DNA of 64,000 nucleotides from Dehalococcoidia bacterium. Its GTDB lineage: Bacteria; Chloroflexota; Dehalococcoidia; DSTF01; WHTK01. Made by a program: the position numbers and the translations under genes. The stretch covers positions 1,212-65,211 of the forward strand of contig WHTK01000013.1 of the NCBI GenBank assembly GCA_009377745.1, in the 5' to 3' direction. Below, one piece after another: positions 37,507 through 46,320 of the stretch. The notes beneath the pieces were generated by a model. The model searched no databases. It saw only the letters and a program-made list of their open reading frames with translations, and was not told the origin of the DNA. The first letter of the stretch is position 1. Every line of letters starts with the position of its first letter.

Positions 37507-39939
37507 TCACTGGCATGCCTCACAGGTCTCTGGATTCTCGAGCGAGCAGGCGATCGCGTCGGCGTCCGAATAGACCGGCGCCGCAACCAGCGGCACGATC
37601 TCGTCCGCTTCCGTCGATACCGTTGCCTTGGCGATTGAGGTCGCCGGCCGCGATCGCAAATAGTACGTCGTTTTGAGCCCCTTCTTCCAGGCGTAGAAGT
37701 ACATCGAGGACAGCTGGCCGATGTTCGGGCTCTCCGCGAACAGGTTCAGCGACTGGCTCTGGTCGATATAGGCGCCGCGGTCCGCCGCCATGTCGATCAG
37801 CGAGGCCATCGGCAGCTCCCAGGCGGTGCGGAAGATCGCCCGCACATCCTCCGGTAGCTCCCCGATGCCTTGTACGGAACCCTCTGACAGCTTCAGCCGC
37901 GACCGCATGGCCTCCGTCCACAACCCCAGCCGCTTCATCTCCGCGACCAGGTAGTGGTTGACCTGGATGAAGTCACCCGAGAGCGTCTCGCGCTTGAACA
38001 GGTTGGAGACCTGGGGCTCGATGCACTCGTAAGCGCCCGTTATCGAAGCGATAGTCGCCGTCGGGGCGATCGCGATCAGCAGCGAGTTGCGCAGTCCGGT
38101 ATGGCGGATGCGCTCTCGCAGCGCGCCCCAGCGCGACGCGTCTTCCGGCTTCGCCTCCCAGGCATCGAACTGAAGCTCGCCCCGCGCCGCCCGCGTCTCC
38201 GCGAAGGCAGAGTGCGCCCCCCGCTCCTCCGCCAGTTCGCAGGATGCCGTCAGCGCCTGGAAGTAGACCTCCTCCGAGATGCGCTGCGACAGCCCACGCG
38301 ACTCAGCCGCGTCGAAGGGCAGGCGCATCTGGAAGAAGACGTCCTGCAGTCCCATCAGTCCCAGGCCCACCGGGCGCCACTTGCTGTTCGAGGTGGCCGT
38401 CGACGGGATCGGGTAGTAAGTCAGGTCGATGACGCGGTCGAGCTGCCGAACCGCCGTCCGCACCGTCTTCGCCAGCTTGTCGAAGTCGAAGTGGATGCGG
38501 CCGTCCTCGTCCGCGAAGGTGTGACGCGCCAGGTTGATCGATCCCAGGTTGCAGACCGCGGTCTCACCCTCGGAAGTCACCTCGATGATCTCGGTGCAGA
38601 GGTTAGAGTTGTGCACCACCCGGCCCGGCAGCGCTGTCTGGTTGCTGGTCAGGTTGGAGCGGTCCTTGAAGGTCATCCAGCCGTTGCCGGTCTGCGCCAG
38701 AGTCCGCATCATCCGCGCGTAGAGCTCTCGCGCCGGCAACGTCTGTGTTGCCAGTCCAGCCGCCTCCGCCTCCTCGTAAGCTGCCTCGAACTCCGGGCCG
38801 TAAAGGTCCGTGAAGCCCGGCACGGCCTTGGGATCGAAGAGGCTCCATGACCCGTCCGCCTCGACGCGACGCATGAACAGGTCAGGCGCCCACAGCGCCA
38901 GGTTGAGGTTGTGCGTCCGCCGTGCCTCGTCGCCGGTGTTCTCGCGCAGCTCCAGGAACTCCTCCACGTCGGCGTGCCAGGGCTCCAGGTAGACGCAGCA
39001 GGCGCCCTTGCGCTTGCCTCCCTGGTTCACCGCCGCCACCGACGCGTCCAGCGTCTTCAGCCACGGCACGATGCCGTCCGAGTAGCCGTTCGTCCCGGCG
39101 ATCAGCGACCCCCGCGACCGCACCCTGTGGTAGGCCACGCCGATGCCGCCGGAGAACTTCGAGAGCAGGGCAATGTCCGTGTAGAGCTGGTAGATGCTCT
39201 CCAGCGTGTCCTCCGGCGAGTCCAGCAGGAAGCAGCTCGATAGCTGCTCGTAGCGGGTACCGGCGTTGAACAGGGTCGGCGAGCTGGGTATGTATTCCAG
39301 CGACGAGAACAGTCTGTACAGCTCCAGCGCCTCCGGCACCGTCTCTGACAGCGCGCAGGCAATGCGCATGAAGAACTGCTGCGGCGTTTCGATCGCCAGT
39401 CGCGTCTGAGGGTGCTTCAGCAGGTAACGGTCGTACAGCGTCCTCAGCCCGAAGTACTCGAACTCCCGGTCCAGCTCCGGCTCGATCGCGTCGTTGAGCT
39501 TGCGGGCGTTGTCGGCCACGAAGCTGCCCAGCCGGTCGTTGATCAGCCCGACGCCGCGTCCGCAGGCAATCGACTGCGAGAAGGAGTAGATCTCCTGGTT
39601 ATGGACCTCTTTCTCGATATATGTAGCTAATAACCGCGCCGCCGCCCTGGCGTACTGAGGCTCCTCGTAGATCAGCCCCGCCGCCGTCTGGATCGAGAGC
39701 CGGTCCAGCTCCCGCGTCGTCGCGCCGTCGTAGAGGCCGCTGATCGTCTTGGTCGCCACTCGCAGCGGGTCGACATCGTTCAGCCCGGCGCAGCTGCGGC
39801 CCACGGCGCGCACGATCTTGTTCACGTCGACAGGCTCGCTGCTGCCGTTGCGTTTCGTGACCCGCATCGCCGTCTGCGGGTAGTCGCCGGCGTCGTCGCG
39901 TCCGGCTTCGAATCGGGAAATAGAGGTTTCACTCGCCAT
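37507..39939 (-). CDS. nrdA: ribonucleoside-diphosphate reductase class Ia alpha (R1) subunit with N-terminal ATP-cone
   Basis: 811 aa from ATG 39939 (AAGGAG SD); ATP-cone VTKRNGSSEPVDVNKIVRAV; C-terminal ...CEACQ redox tail; nrdB follows. Confidence 0.9.
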   Translation of the reverse strand: MASETSISRFEAGRDDAGDYPQTAMRVTKRNGSSEPVDVNKIVRAVGRSCAGLNDVDPLRVATKTISGLYDGATTRELDRLSIQTAAGLIYEEPQYARAAARLLATYIEKEVHNQEIYSFSQSIACGRGVGLINDRLGSFVADNARKLNDAIEPELDREFEYFGLRTLYDRYLLKHPQTRLAIETPQQFFMRIACALSETVPEALELYRLFSSLEYIPSSPTLFNAGTRYEQLSSCFLLDSPEDTLESIYQLYTDIALLSKFSGGIGVAYHRVRSRGSLIAGTNGYSDGIVPWLKTLDASVAAVNQGGKRKGACCVYLEPWHADVEEFLELRENTGDEARRTHNLNLALWAPDLFMRRVEADGSWSLFDPKAVPGFTDLYGPEFEAAYEEAEAAGLATQTLPARELYARMMRTLAQTGNGWMTFKDRSNLTSNQTALPGRVVHNSNLCTEIIEVTSEGETAVCNLGSINLARHTFADEDGRIHFDFDKLAKTVRTAVRQLDRVIDLTYYPIPSTATSNSKWRPVGLGLMGLQDVFFQMRLPFDAAESRGLSQRISEEVYFQALTASCELAEERGAHSAFAETRAARGELQFDAWEAKPEDASRWGALRERIRHTGLRNSLLIAIAPTATIASITGAYECIEPQVSNLFKRETLSGDFIQVNHYLVAEMKRLGLWTEAMRSRLKLSEGSVQGIGELPEDVRAIFRTAWELPMASLIDMAADRGAYIDQSQSLNLFAESPNIGQLSSMYFYAWKKGLKTTYYLRSRPATSIAKATVSTEADEIVPLVAAPVYSDADAIACSLENPETCEACQ

Positions 39940-40109
39940 CGCTCGCTCCTTTAGCGGGGACTTTAGGCGCCGAGGCGAGTGGTCGGAAGATGAAGACGTC
40001 ACCCCTCACTGGGATGACGCTCGTAACCCACCGGCCGGCCCTCCCCGAGGCCTCCAGGGTCGAGCTACCACCGGTTGTCTCTCCGATGGCAGGCGCTGGC
40101 AGGTGTTCT

Positions 40110-40300
40110 GACTCGCGAGCTTGCCGGCTGCTGCCGGTTTCCTACTGTCCGCCGCTTCCCAGTCCGGAGACCAGTGCTATTGGCGAAGGTCGTTCTCGCT
40201 TACAGATGCGGGGTAGGCAGTCCCGGATTCACACCGGGTTCCCTTTTCAGCCCCGACTCATCGCCGGAGCACCAGAGCAAGCGGAGTATGCCGCTACATC
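40110..40300 (-). promoter_or_regulatory. cobalamin (B12) riboswitch in the nrdA leader
   Basis: Minus strand reads ...CTCTGGTGCTCCGGCGATGAGTCGGGGCTGAAAAGGGAACCCGGTGTGAATCCGGGACTGCCTACCCCGCATCTGTAAGCGAGAACGACC...CACTGGTCTCCGGACTGGGAAGCGG...GAAACCGGCAGCAGCCGGC, matching the conserved cobalamin-riboswitch core (AAxAGGGAA..GGTG.AA.TCC....GCC.CCCGC..CTGTAAGCG) and a B12-box-like 3' part. Confidence 0.7.
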
Positions 40301-40373
40301 TGGAGCCTGTCAATAGGCCCGCTACCAGATATTGTGGTCAGAAGCGTAACATTTTGACTCGAACGGAGAAGGG

Positions 40374-40952
40374 CTAGATCAGGCCGGCCTCGTGGAAGGC
40401 GCGGAGGCGGAACGGACGAAAGGGATTATCGAGTCCCATCTTCGACAGCGCGTCGGCGGGCGGTAGAAAGACCCGGCCCGTCATCTCGTACTGAGGCTCC
40501 CAGACATTAACGTCTACCGTTACCGTCGCTCGCCAGACCGATCTCACAAGCACCAAGCCCAATTGCGGCCCTTTGACACATTCGCCGCGGTCATAGCCAA
40601 GAAGTGTGGCATCGATGACTGTGGCGCAAGCTTCCTCCCAAACCTCACGTTCGAGCGTGGCGCGCCAGTCCTCATTGCTCTCTGGCCGACCCGCTGGCAA
40701 ATCCCAGTCCTTCTCATTCTTATTAGATACTAGGATGATCTTTCCATCGTCAGTGATGCAAACGCCCGCGGAGCCGTGACGGATGCCATCCGGTGCCGGC
40801 AGGTGAGTCGGGTGCCAAGACGCGAGCCAGTCCTGCCCCCGCGAGTGGACTAGCAACGTCTCACCTGCTGTGGCCATCATGGATGGGTTCGTCACGTCAT
40901 AATTATCCTTCCTGAGAGAATCGAGGGATAGGTGGCTGTACGCTTGGTTCAA
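40374..40952 (-). CDS. NUDIX hydrolase
   Basis: Nudix box GRPESNEDWRATLEREVWEEACA; start uncertain (TTG 40952 or ATG 40880). Confidence 0.7.
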   Translation of the reverse strand: MNQAYSHLSLDSLRKDNYDVTNPSMMATAGETLLVHSRGQDWLASWHPTHLPAPDGIRHGSAGVCITDDGKIILVSNKNEKDWDLPAGRPESNEDWRATLEREVWEEACATVIDATLLGYDRGECVKGPQLGLVLVRSVWRATVTVDVNVWEPQYEMTGRVFLPPADALSKMGLDNPFRPFRLRAFHEAGLI

Positions 40953-41025
40953 GGAGAGGCTGCAAGCACGCTAGGCATGCTATAAGTCTGCTCATCGACA
41001 CGTCCTCATCGCGAAGGAGCCTCCT

Positions 41026-41742
41026 ATGTCACGCATCCCCCAGATCACCTCCCGCGACGCCGTCTCCCCCGACACCTACCCGATCTTTGACTCGATCGTC
41101 GCCAGCCGCGGCGCCGTGCGCGGGCCCTTCACGGTGCTGATGTACAGCCCGGAGGTCGCGCGCCGCGTCGCCGAGTACGGCGCCTTCGTCCGCTTCGAGT
41201 CGTCTCTCCCCTCCCACCTGCGCGAGGCCGCCGCCACCACGGTCGTGCGTGAGTACGAGTGCGCCTACGAGTGGGCGATGCACAGCGTCTCCGCCCCCGA
41301 GGCCGGCGTCAGCCCCGCCACGATGGCCGTGATCCGCGACCGCGCCTCGCTTGACTCCCTGCCCTCGGACGAGCAGGCCGTCATCCGCTACGCCCGCGAG
41401 CTGGTCGCCACCCACCACGTCACGGACGACACCTTCGCCGCCGTCCACGCCATCCTCGGCGACAAGGGCACGGCGGAACTGACGGCTGCCATCGGCTACT
41501 ACTGCGCTATTGGCTGCGTCCTCAACGCCCTCGAGGTGCCGGCCCCGGAGGGCCCCACCCCTCCCCTGCCCGGAGGGCCCCACCCCTCCCCTGCCCTGAG
41601 GCCCCACCCCTCCCACCACCCCCTGGCATACGGGCAAACGGGGCAAACGGGCAAACGGGCAAACGGGCAAAGTGCCACCATATTTCCAGCGCCATCTGTC
41701 GTTGCGAGCCATCGCCGACAGGCGAGGCGTGGCAACCTTTGA
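41026..41742 (+). CDS. carboxymuconolactone decarboxylase (CMD/AhpD-like) family protein; 3' end runs into an intergenic repeat
   Basis: CMD-family core to ...AIGYYCAIGCVLNALEVP. The remaining ~60 codons (PAPEGPTPPLPGGPHPSPALRPHPSHHPLAYGQTGQTGKRANGQ...) are translation of the C-rich/octamer repeat, so the functional stop may differ. Confidence 0.65.
   Translation: MSRIPQITSRDAVSPDTYPIFDSIVASRGAVRGPFTVLMYSPEVARRVAEYGAFVRFESSLPSHLREAAATTVVREYECAYEWAMHSVSAPEAGVSPATMAVIRDRASLDSLPSDEQAVIRYARELVATHHVTDDTFAAVHAILGDKGTAELTAAIGYYCAIGCVLNALEVPAPEGPTPPLPGGPHPSPALRPHPSHHPLAYGQTGQTGKRANGQSATIFPAPSVVASHRRQARRGNL
41551..41690. repeat. composite short-repeat element: 3x CCCCACCCCTCCC(C/A) units then tandem octamers GGCATAC GGGCAAAC GGGGCAAAC GGGCAAAC GGGCAAAC GGGCAAAG
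   Basis: Seen directly; related copies at 37380..37505 (inverted) and 49345..49378. Confidence 0.8.
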
Positions 41743-41743
41743 C
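41697..41743. repeat. 47-nt imperfect-palindrome repeat, copy B
   Basis: TGTCGTTGCGAGCCATCGCCGACAGGCGAGGCGTGGCAACCTTTGAC. Confidence 0.8.
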
Positions 41744-41788
41744 GCCCCGTCTGTGCAAACCCCGCTCCATACAGCGGAACCACGTGTT

Positions 41789-41825
41789 CCCTCTCCCTCG
41801 GAGGGAGAGGGTAGGGTGAGGGTGT
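41789..41825. repeat. hairpin + G-rich repeat, copy 1 (CCCTCTCCCTCGGAGGGAGAGGGTAGGGTGAGGGTGT)
   Basis: 10-bp perfect stem CCCTCTCCCT/AGGGAGAGGG; second copy at 63391..63426. Confidence 0.75.
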
Positions 41826-41859
41826 AACACTCCCGACCCGAATCCTCACTCCCTACCTG

Positions 41860-42633
41860 CTAGATGTACTCCCACAGGAAATCGATCACCAACCGGTTCC
41901 ACACCTCCGGCTGCTCCCAGTAAGCGCAGTGTCCCGCGCTCTCGATCACCTCGAAGCGGCTGCCCGGCATCCGCTTCGCCAGCGCCCGCATTACCGGCGG
42001 CGGCGCCAGCACGTCCTCATCGGCGGCGATCAACAGCGCCGGTACGCGCATCCCCTCCAACCGCGATAGGGTCAGCGGCTGCCGCAGCGCCTGTCGCGCT
42101 CCGTCGGCCCGGTAGCTGCCCGCCTCCATCGCCAAGAATCGCGCCACGCCCTCGGGGTTCGAGCGCAGATACGTGGCGCCCAGCTCCCGCTCCTCGACCG
42201 GCAGCAGCGCGATCTCCGGCGGCACGTATTGCGCCCGTAGCGCGGTGAACTCCGGGTCCGTCAGGCCGCCAAAGCTGGTCGAAACGACGAGCGCTCGCAT
42301 CGCATCGGGATTGTCGAGAGCGAACTCCAGCGCCCCGAAGCCGCCGTAGGCCTGCGCCACCAGGAAGAACGGCGGCAGCCCCAGCGCCTCCTGGAGTTGC
42401 TCAAGATCACCCGCCATCGACCCCGCCGCGTCCGCGCTGGGCGCCGGCTTCGTCTTGCCGAAGCCGCGCAGGTCATAGGTAATGCAGCGCCACCCCGCGG
42501 CTTTCAACGCCGGCAGCTGTTCGACCCAGCACTCGCTGCTGCCGGCCGCGCCGTGCATCAGCACCACGACCGGCCCCTCGCCGCCCGTGTCCTCGTACCA
42601 GACCGCCGCCGAATCGATGTCGACGTATGCCAT
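41860..42633 (-). CDS. alpha/beta hydrolase (enol-lactonase/MhpC-like)
   Basis: Start at ATG 42633 (MAYVDIDSAAVWYEDTGGEGPVVVLMHGAAGSS...); the caller's longer start at 42699 would overlap the divergent ligase start and is not preferred. Confidence 0.75.
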   Translation of the reverse strand: MAYVDIDSAAVWYEDTGGEGPVVVLMHGAAGSSECWVEQLPALKAAGWRCITYDLRGFGKTKPAPSADAAGSMAGDLEQLQEALGLPPFFLVAQAYGGFGALEFALDNPDAMRALVVSTSFGGLTDPEFTALRAQYVPPEIALLPVEERELGATYLRSNPEGVARFLAMEAGSYRADGARQALRQPLTLSRLEGMRVPALLIAADEDVLAPPPVMRALAKRMPGSRFEVIESAGHCAYWEQPEVWNRLVIDFLWEYI

Positions 42634-42691
42634 GCGCTGAGTATAGGTGCGCCCCTCGCCATCCCGCCGCATCTGAAATAAGCTACGGGCG

Positions 42692-44305
42692 ATGCTCACG
42701 CCCCTCGAAACCCTGCAACTCTACGAGTCCCACGACGGCACAATCGCCGGCGTTCTGGCTTCTCGCGCCAGGACGGACCAATCGCGGCCCTTCCTGCTCT
42801 TCGAGGACGTGGCCTGGACCTGGGGCGAGCTGCAGGACTTCTCGATTTCCGCCTCCCGGATGCTGGTCTCCCGCGGCATCGGCAAAGGCGACCGCGTCGC
42901 CATCATGTCCACCAACAGCGACCTCTTCGTCGCGCTCTTCACAGCCATCGCCCGCATCGGCGCGATCATGGTGCCAGTAAACCCGGACTTCACCGCCGGC
43001 GAAGCCGCCTACGTCCTCAAGCACGCCGGCGTCAGCGCGGTAGCCTGTACCCCTGCAACCCTCAAGGTCGCCCGCGCCGCCGCCCGCGAAGTCGCCCCCG
43101 TCCCCTGGTTGATGCTCCTCGATGGCGCCGCCGAGGGCCTGCCCAACCTCCGCGACCTCGCCGCCGCTGCGCCTGAGACGCCTCTACCCGCGGACATCAC
43201 CGCCGAAGACACCTGCCTCATCGTCTACACCTCCGGGACCACCGGTTTCCCCAAGGGCGCGATGCACTCCCAGCGCGCCCTCGTCCTCACCGGTGAGGGA
43301 TTCGTCGAGCGCCTCCGCCTCCAGCCTACCGACCGCCTGCTCTGCATCCTGCCCCTCTTCCACATCAACGCCATCTTCTACTCGCTCTGCGGCGCCCTCG
43401 CTGCCGGCGCTTCGCTGGTGCTGACGCCGCGATTCAGCGCTTCCGGCTTCTGGCCCCTGATCAAGAAGTCCGGCGCCACCCAGGTCAACATCATCGCCGC
43501 CGTCGGCAGCATCCTCGCCCGCCGCCCCCGCTCCGAGCTCGTCCCCGGCCACGGTCTGCAGAAGCTCTACGGCTCCGGTACCCCCGAGGACGTCTACAAG
43601 GTCTTCGAGACCGAATTCGGCGTCACCCAGCTCGTCGAGGGCTACGGCATGACCGAGGTACCCGGCGCCTGCAACACCTCGATAGTCGATGGCCGCCGAG
43701 CCGGTAGCATGGGCAAGGCCGCCCGCCATCCCGACCCCGATATGCCTTTCGCCGAGCTACGCGTCGTTGATGACGATGGCAACGACGTAGCGCCGGGCGT
43801 CGTCGGCGAGCTCATCGTCCGCATCCCCACCGTCATGCAGGGCTACTACCGTGACCCGGAGCAGACCGCCGCCGCCTTCCGCGATGGCTGGTTCCTCACC
43901 GGCGACCTGGTCCGCCGCGATGACGACGGCTTTCACTATTTCGTCTCCCGCAAAAAGGACATCATCCGCCGCCGCGGCGAGAACGTCTCCGGCGCTGAGA
44001 TCGACCGCATCGTCGGCCAGCACCCCGGCGTGGCTGAGGCCGCCGCCCTCGCAGTCCCTTCCGATCTCGGCGAGGACGAGATCCTCGTCGCCGTGATTGC
44101 CGCGTCGGGCGCCTCTCCCGCCGCCTCGGAGATCGCTGCCTGGTGCGCCCAGCGGCTCGCGCCCGCCAAGGTACCGCGCTACATTGCTTACGTGGAATCG
44201 CTGCCGCACACGCCAACCCACCGCGTCGCCAAGTACCAGCTCGATAAGGCCGCGCTTCTCGCCGCCGCTATCGACCTGCAGGCTCCGGCGCCGAAGGCTA
44301 CCTGA
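42692..44305 (+). CDS. AMP-dependent acyl-CoA ligase/synthetase
   Basis: 537 aa; AMP-binding motif YTSGTTGFPKGAMHSQ; stop overlaps downstream thiolase start (ATGA). Confidence 0.9.
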   Translation: MLTPLETLQLYESHDGTIAGVLASRARTDQSRPFLLFEDVAWTWGELQDFSISASRMLVSRGIGKGDRVAIMSTNSDLFVALFTAIARIGAIMVPVNPDFTAGEAAYVLKHAGVSAVACTPATLKVARAAAREVAPVPWLMLLDGAAEGLPNLRDLAAAAPETPLPADITAEDTCLIVYTSGTTGFPKGAMHSQRALVLTGEGFVERLRLQPTDRLLCILPLFHINAIFYSLCGALAAGASLVLTPRFSASGFWPLIKKSGATQVNIIAAVGSILARRPRSELVPGHGLQKLYGSGTPEDVYKVFETEFGVTQLVEGYGMTEVPGACNTSIVDGRRAGSMGKAARHPDPDMPFAELRVVDDDGNDVAPGVVGELIVRIPTVMQGYYRDPEQTAAAFRDGWFLTGDLVRRDDDGFHYFVSRKKDIIRRRGENVSGAEIDRIVGQHPGVAEAAALAVPSDLGEDEILVAVIAASGASPAASEIAAWCAQRLAPAKVPRYIAYVESLPHTPTHRVAKYQLDKAALLAAAIDLQAPAPKAT

Positions 44306-45510
44306 TGCCTGCCGTCTTCATCTGCGACGCCATCCGCACCCCCTTCGGCCGCTACGGTGGCGGCCTCTCCGCCGTCCGCACCGACGATCTCGCCGCCATC
44401 CCGATCCGGGCCCTCATCGATCGCAATCCCGGTCTCGATCCCGGCGCCATCGATGACGTGGTCTATGGCTGCGCCAACCAGGCCGGCGAAGACAACCGCA
44501 ACGTTGCCCGCATGGCGCTGCTGCTGGCCGGCCTGCCCCAGACCGTCCCCGGCGCGACCGTCAACCGCCTCTGCGGCTCCGGCATGGACGCCGTCCTCAC
44601 TGCTGCCCGCGTCATCGAGACCGGCGCCGCCGACGTGATGATCGCCGGCGGCGTCGAAAGCATGTCGCGCGCCCCTTACGTCATAGGCAAGGCGGACGCG
44701 GCTTTCTCCCGCGGCCTCAAGATCGAGGACACGACCTTGGGCTGGCGCTTTGTCAATCCAAAGATGCTCAAGCAATACGGCACGGACAGCACCGCCGAGA
44801 CCGCCGAGAACGTCGCCGAAGACTTCAGCGTCTCCCGTGAGGACCAGGACGCCTTCGCCCTGCGCAGCCATCAGCGCGCCGTCGCCGCTATGGGCGCCGG
44901 TCTCCTCGCCGAGGAGATCGTCCCGGTCAGCCTCCCCCAGCGCCGCGGCGACCCTGTCAGCGTCTCCCGCGACGAGCAGGCCCGCGCCGCCACCAGCCTC
45001 GATGCTCTCGGCAACCTCCCGGCCATTGTCAAACCTGACGGCTCCGTCACCGCCGGCAACGCCTCCGGCATCAACGATGGCGCTGCCGCCCTCCTCCTCG
45101 CCACCGAGGCCGCCGCCGCCCGCTATGGTCTGACGCCGCGCGCCCGCATCCTCGGCGGCGCTGTCGCCGGCGTGGCGCCGCGGATCATGGGCATGGGCCC
45201 CGTGCCGGCTACCCAGAAGCTCCTGCCGCGTCTCGGGCTCACTATCGGCCAGATCGACATCATCGAGCTCAACGAGGCCTTCGCCTCCCAGGTTTTGGCC
45301 TGCCTGCGCGAATTCGGCATTCCGGACGATGCGCCCTTCGTCAACCCCAACGGCGGGGCTATCGCGCTTGGACACCCCCTCGGCGCAAGCGGCGCCCGCC
45401 TCCTGACAACAGCGACCTACCAGCTACAGCGCAGCCGTGGCCGCCACGCCCTCTGCACCATGTGTATCGGCGTTGGCCAGGGCATCGCCACGGTCATCGA
45501 GCGCGTCTAG
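44305..45510 (+). CDS. acetyl-CoA C-acyltransferase (3-oxoadipyl-CoA / PaaJ-PcaF-type thiolase)
   Basis: 401 aa; ...VNRLCGSGMDAV...GGVESMSRAPY...; C-terminal CTMCIGVGQGIA thiolase signature. Confidence 0.9.
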   Translation: MPAVFICDAIRTPFGRYGGGLSAVRTDDLAAIPIRALIDRNPGLDPGAIDDVVYGCANQAGEDNRNVARMALLLAGLPQTVPGATVNRLCGSGMDAVLTAARVIETGAADVMIAGGVESMSRAPYVIGKADAAFSRGLKIEDTTLGWRFVNPKMLKQYGTDSTAETAENVAEDFSVSREDQDAFALRSHQRAVAAMGAGLLAEEIVPVSLPQRRGDPVSVSRDEQARAATSLDALGNLPAIVKPDGSVTAGNASGINDGAAALLLATEAAAARYGLTPRARILGGAVAGVAPRIMGMGPVPATQKLLPRLGLTIGQIDIIELNEAFASQVLACLREFGIPDDAPFVNPNGGAIALGHPLGASGARLLTTATYQLQRSRGRHALCTMCIGVGQGIATVIERV

Positions 45511-45520
45511 ATTCCCCACA

Positions 45521-45567
45521 TGTCGTTGCGAGCCATCGCCGCTAGGCGAGGCGCGGCAACCTTTGAC
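45521..45567. repeat. 47-nt imperfect-palindrome repeat, copy C
   Basis: TGTCGTTGCGAGCCATCGCCGCTAGGCGAGGCGCGGCAACCTTTGAC, 11 nt after the thiolase stop. Confidence 0.8.
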
Positions 45568-46320
45568 CTTTCGTCGCCTGTACAACCTCACGGAGCTTGG
45601 GATCAGCTCGGCGCGTTAACGCCAGTGCTTAACCCAACCTTAACTCCCCGATCACGATCCCTAAGAACCCTTAACCGCCCGTTAAATCGCCCGCTCTAGC
45701 CTATACGTGTAATGCGGAGTTCAGTCGAGCACAACGAGCCAACCGGCTTCGAGACTGTGTACCAGGGCGAGACCGTGGTCCTCACCCCTAGGCGTCGCCC
45801 ACGCTGGCGCCGCTGGCTCCAGAGCGTTGGCGCGGCAATCGAGTGCGTTGGCTATCTGGATGCGGACGCCCGCGGCCTGGATCCGCTCGATGCCTGGACC
45901 GGGGAGCGCTACGTCCCACCCGCGCCCAAACGCATTAAGCCTGACCAGTCCAAAGAGGAAGAGTAACGGTGTCACTCGGACCAGAGGACATCGATCCCGA
46001 GACGCCTAGCCGTCGCGGGCCAGCATCGTCGCGGTCGTGAAGACGGCGCCGGAAGGCTCTCGCGTCGCCGGCGCCTAGCACAGTTTGTCCTAATCTCGGG
46101 GGTCGTCTTCGGCGGGAGACGGCCCTCTTCCTATCTCGCGTATGTCAGGCCGGTCCGCTATTCGTTGCAACTGCGACAGGGTGGTATCATCGCTTTTGCC
46201 TAAACCGGAACGCCGGTTCAGGCGACGCTCCAGAGGGCTTGCGGAGCGCCACGGCCCCAACCAAAATGCTCTAAAGGGGGCTGCTGGCCCTCGCCAATTA
46301 GATGCCGGGGTGATGAACCG

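Noticed and set aside
41029-41712. 227-aa minus-strand ORF and 41499..41849 / 41522..41830 ORFs over the CMD gene and repeat mosaic
   Set aside because: Gly/Arg-rich translations of the C-rich repeats; the sense-strand CMD protein is recognisable.
42692-42699. Apparent head-to-head overlap of hydrolase (minus, GTG 42699) and CoA-ligase (plus, ATG 42692) start codons
   Set aside because: The hydrolase more plausibly starts at ATG 42633 (MAYVDIDS...), leaving a normal 58-bp divergent promoter region.
44188-45375. 395-aa minus-strand ORF antisense to the thiolase; also 43184..43729, 43757..44221, 47708..48475, 50625..51521, 53256..54347, 61269..62546
   Set aside because: Antisense to confidently identified enzymes; no start/RBS support.
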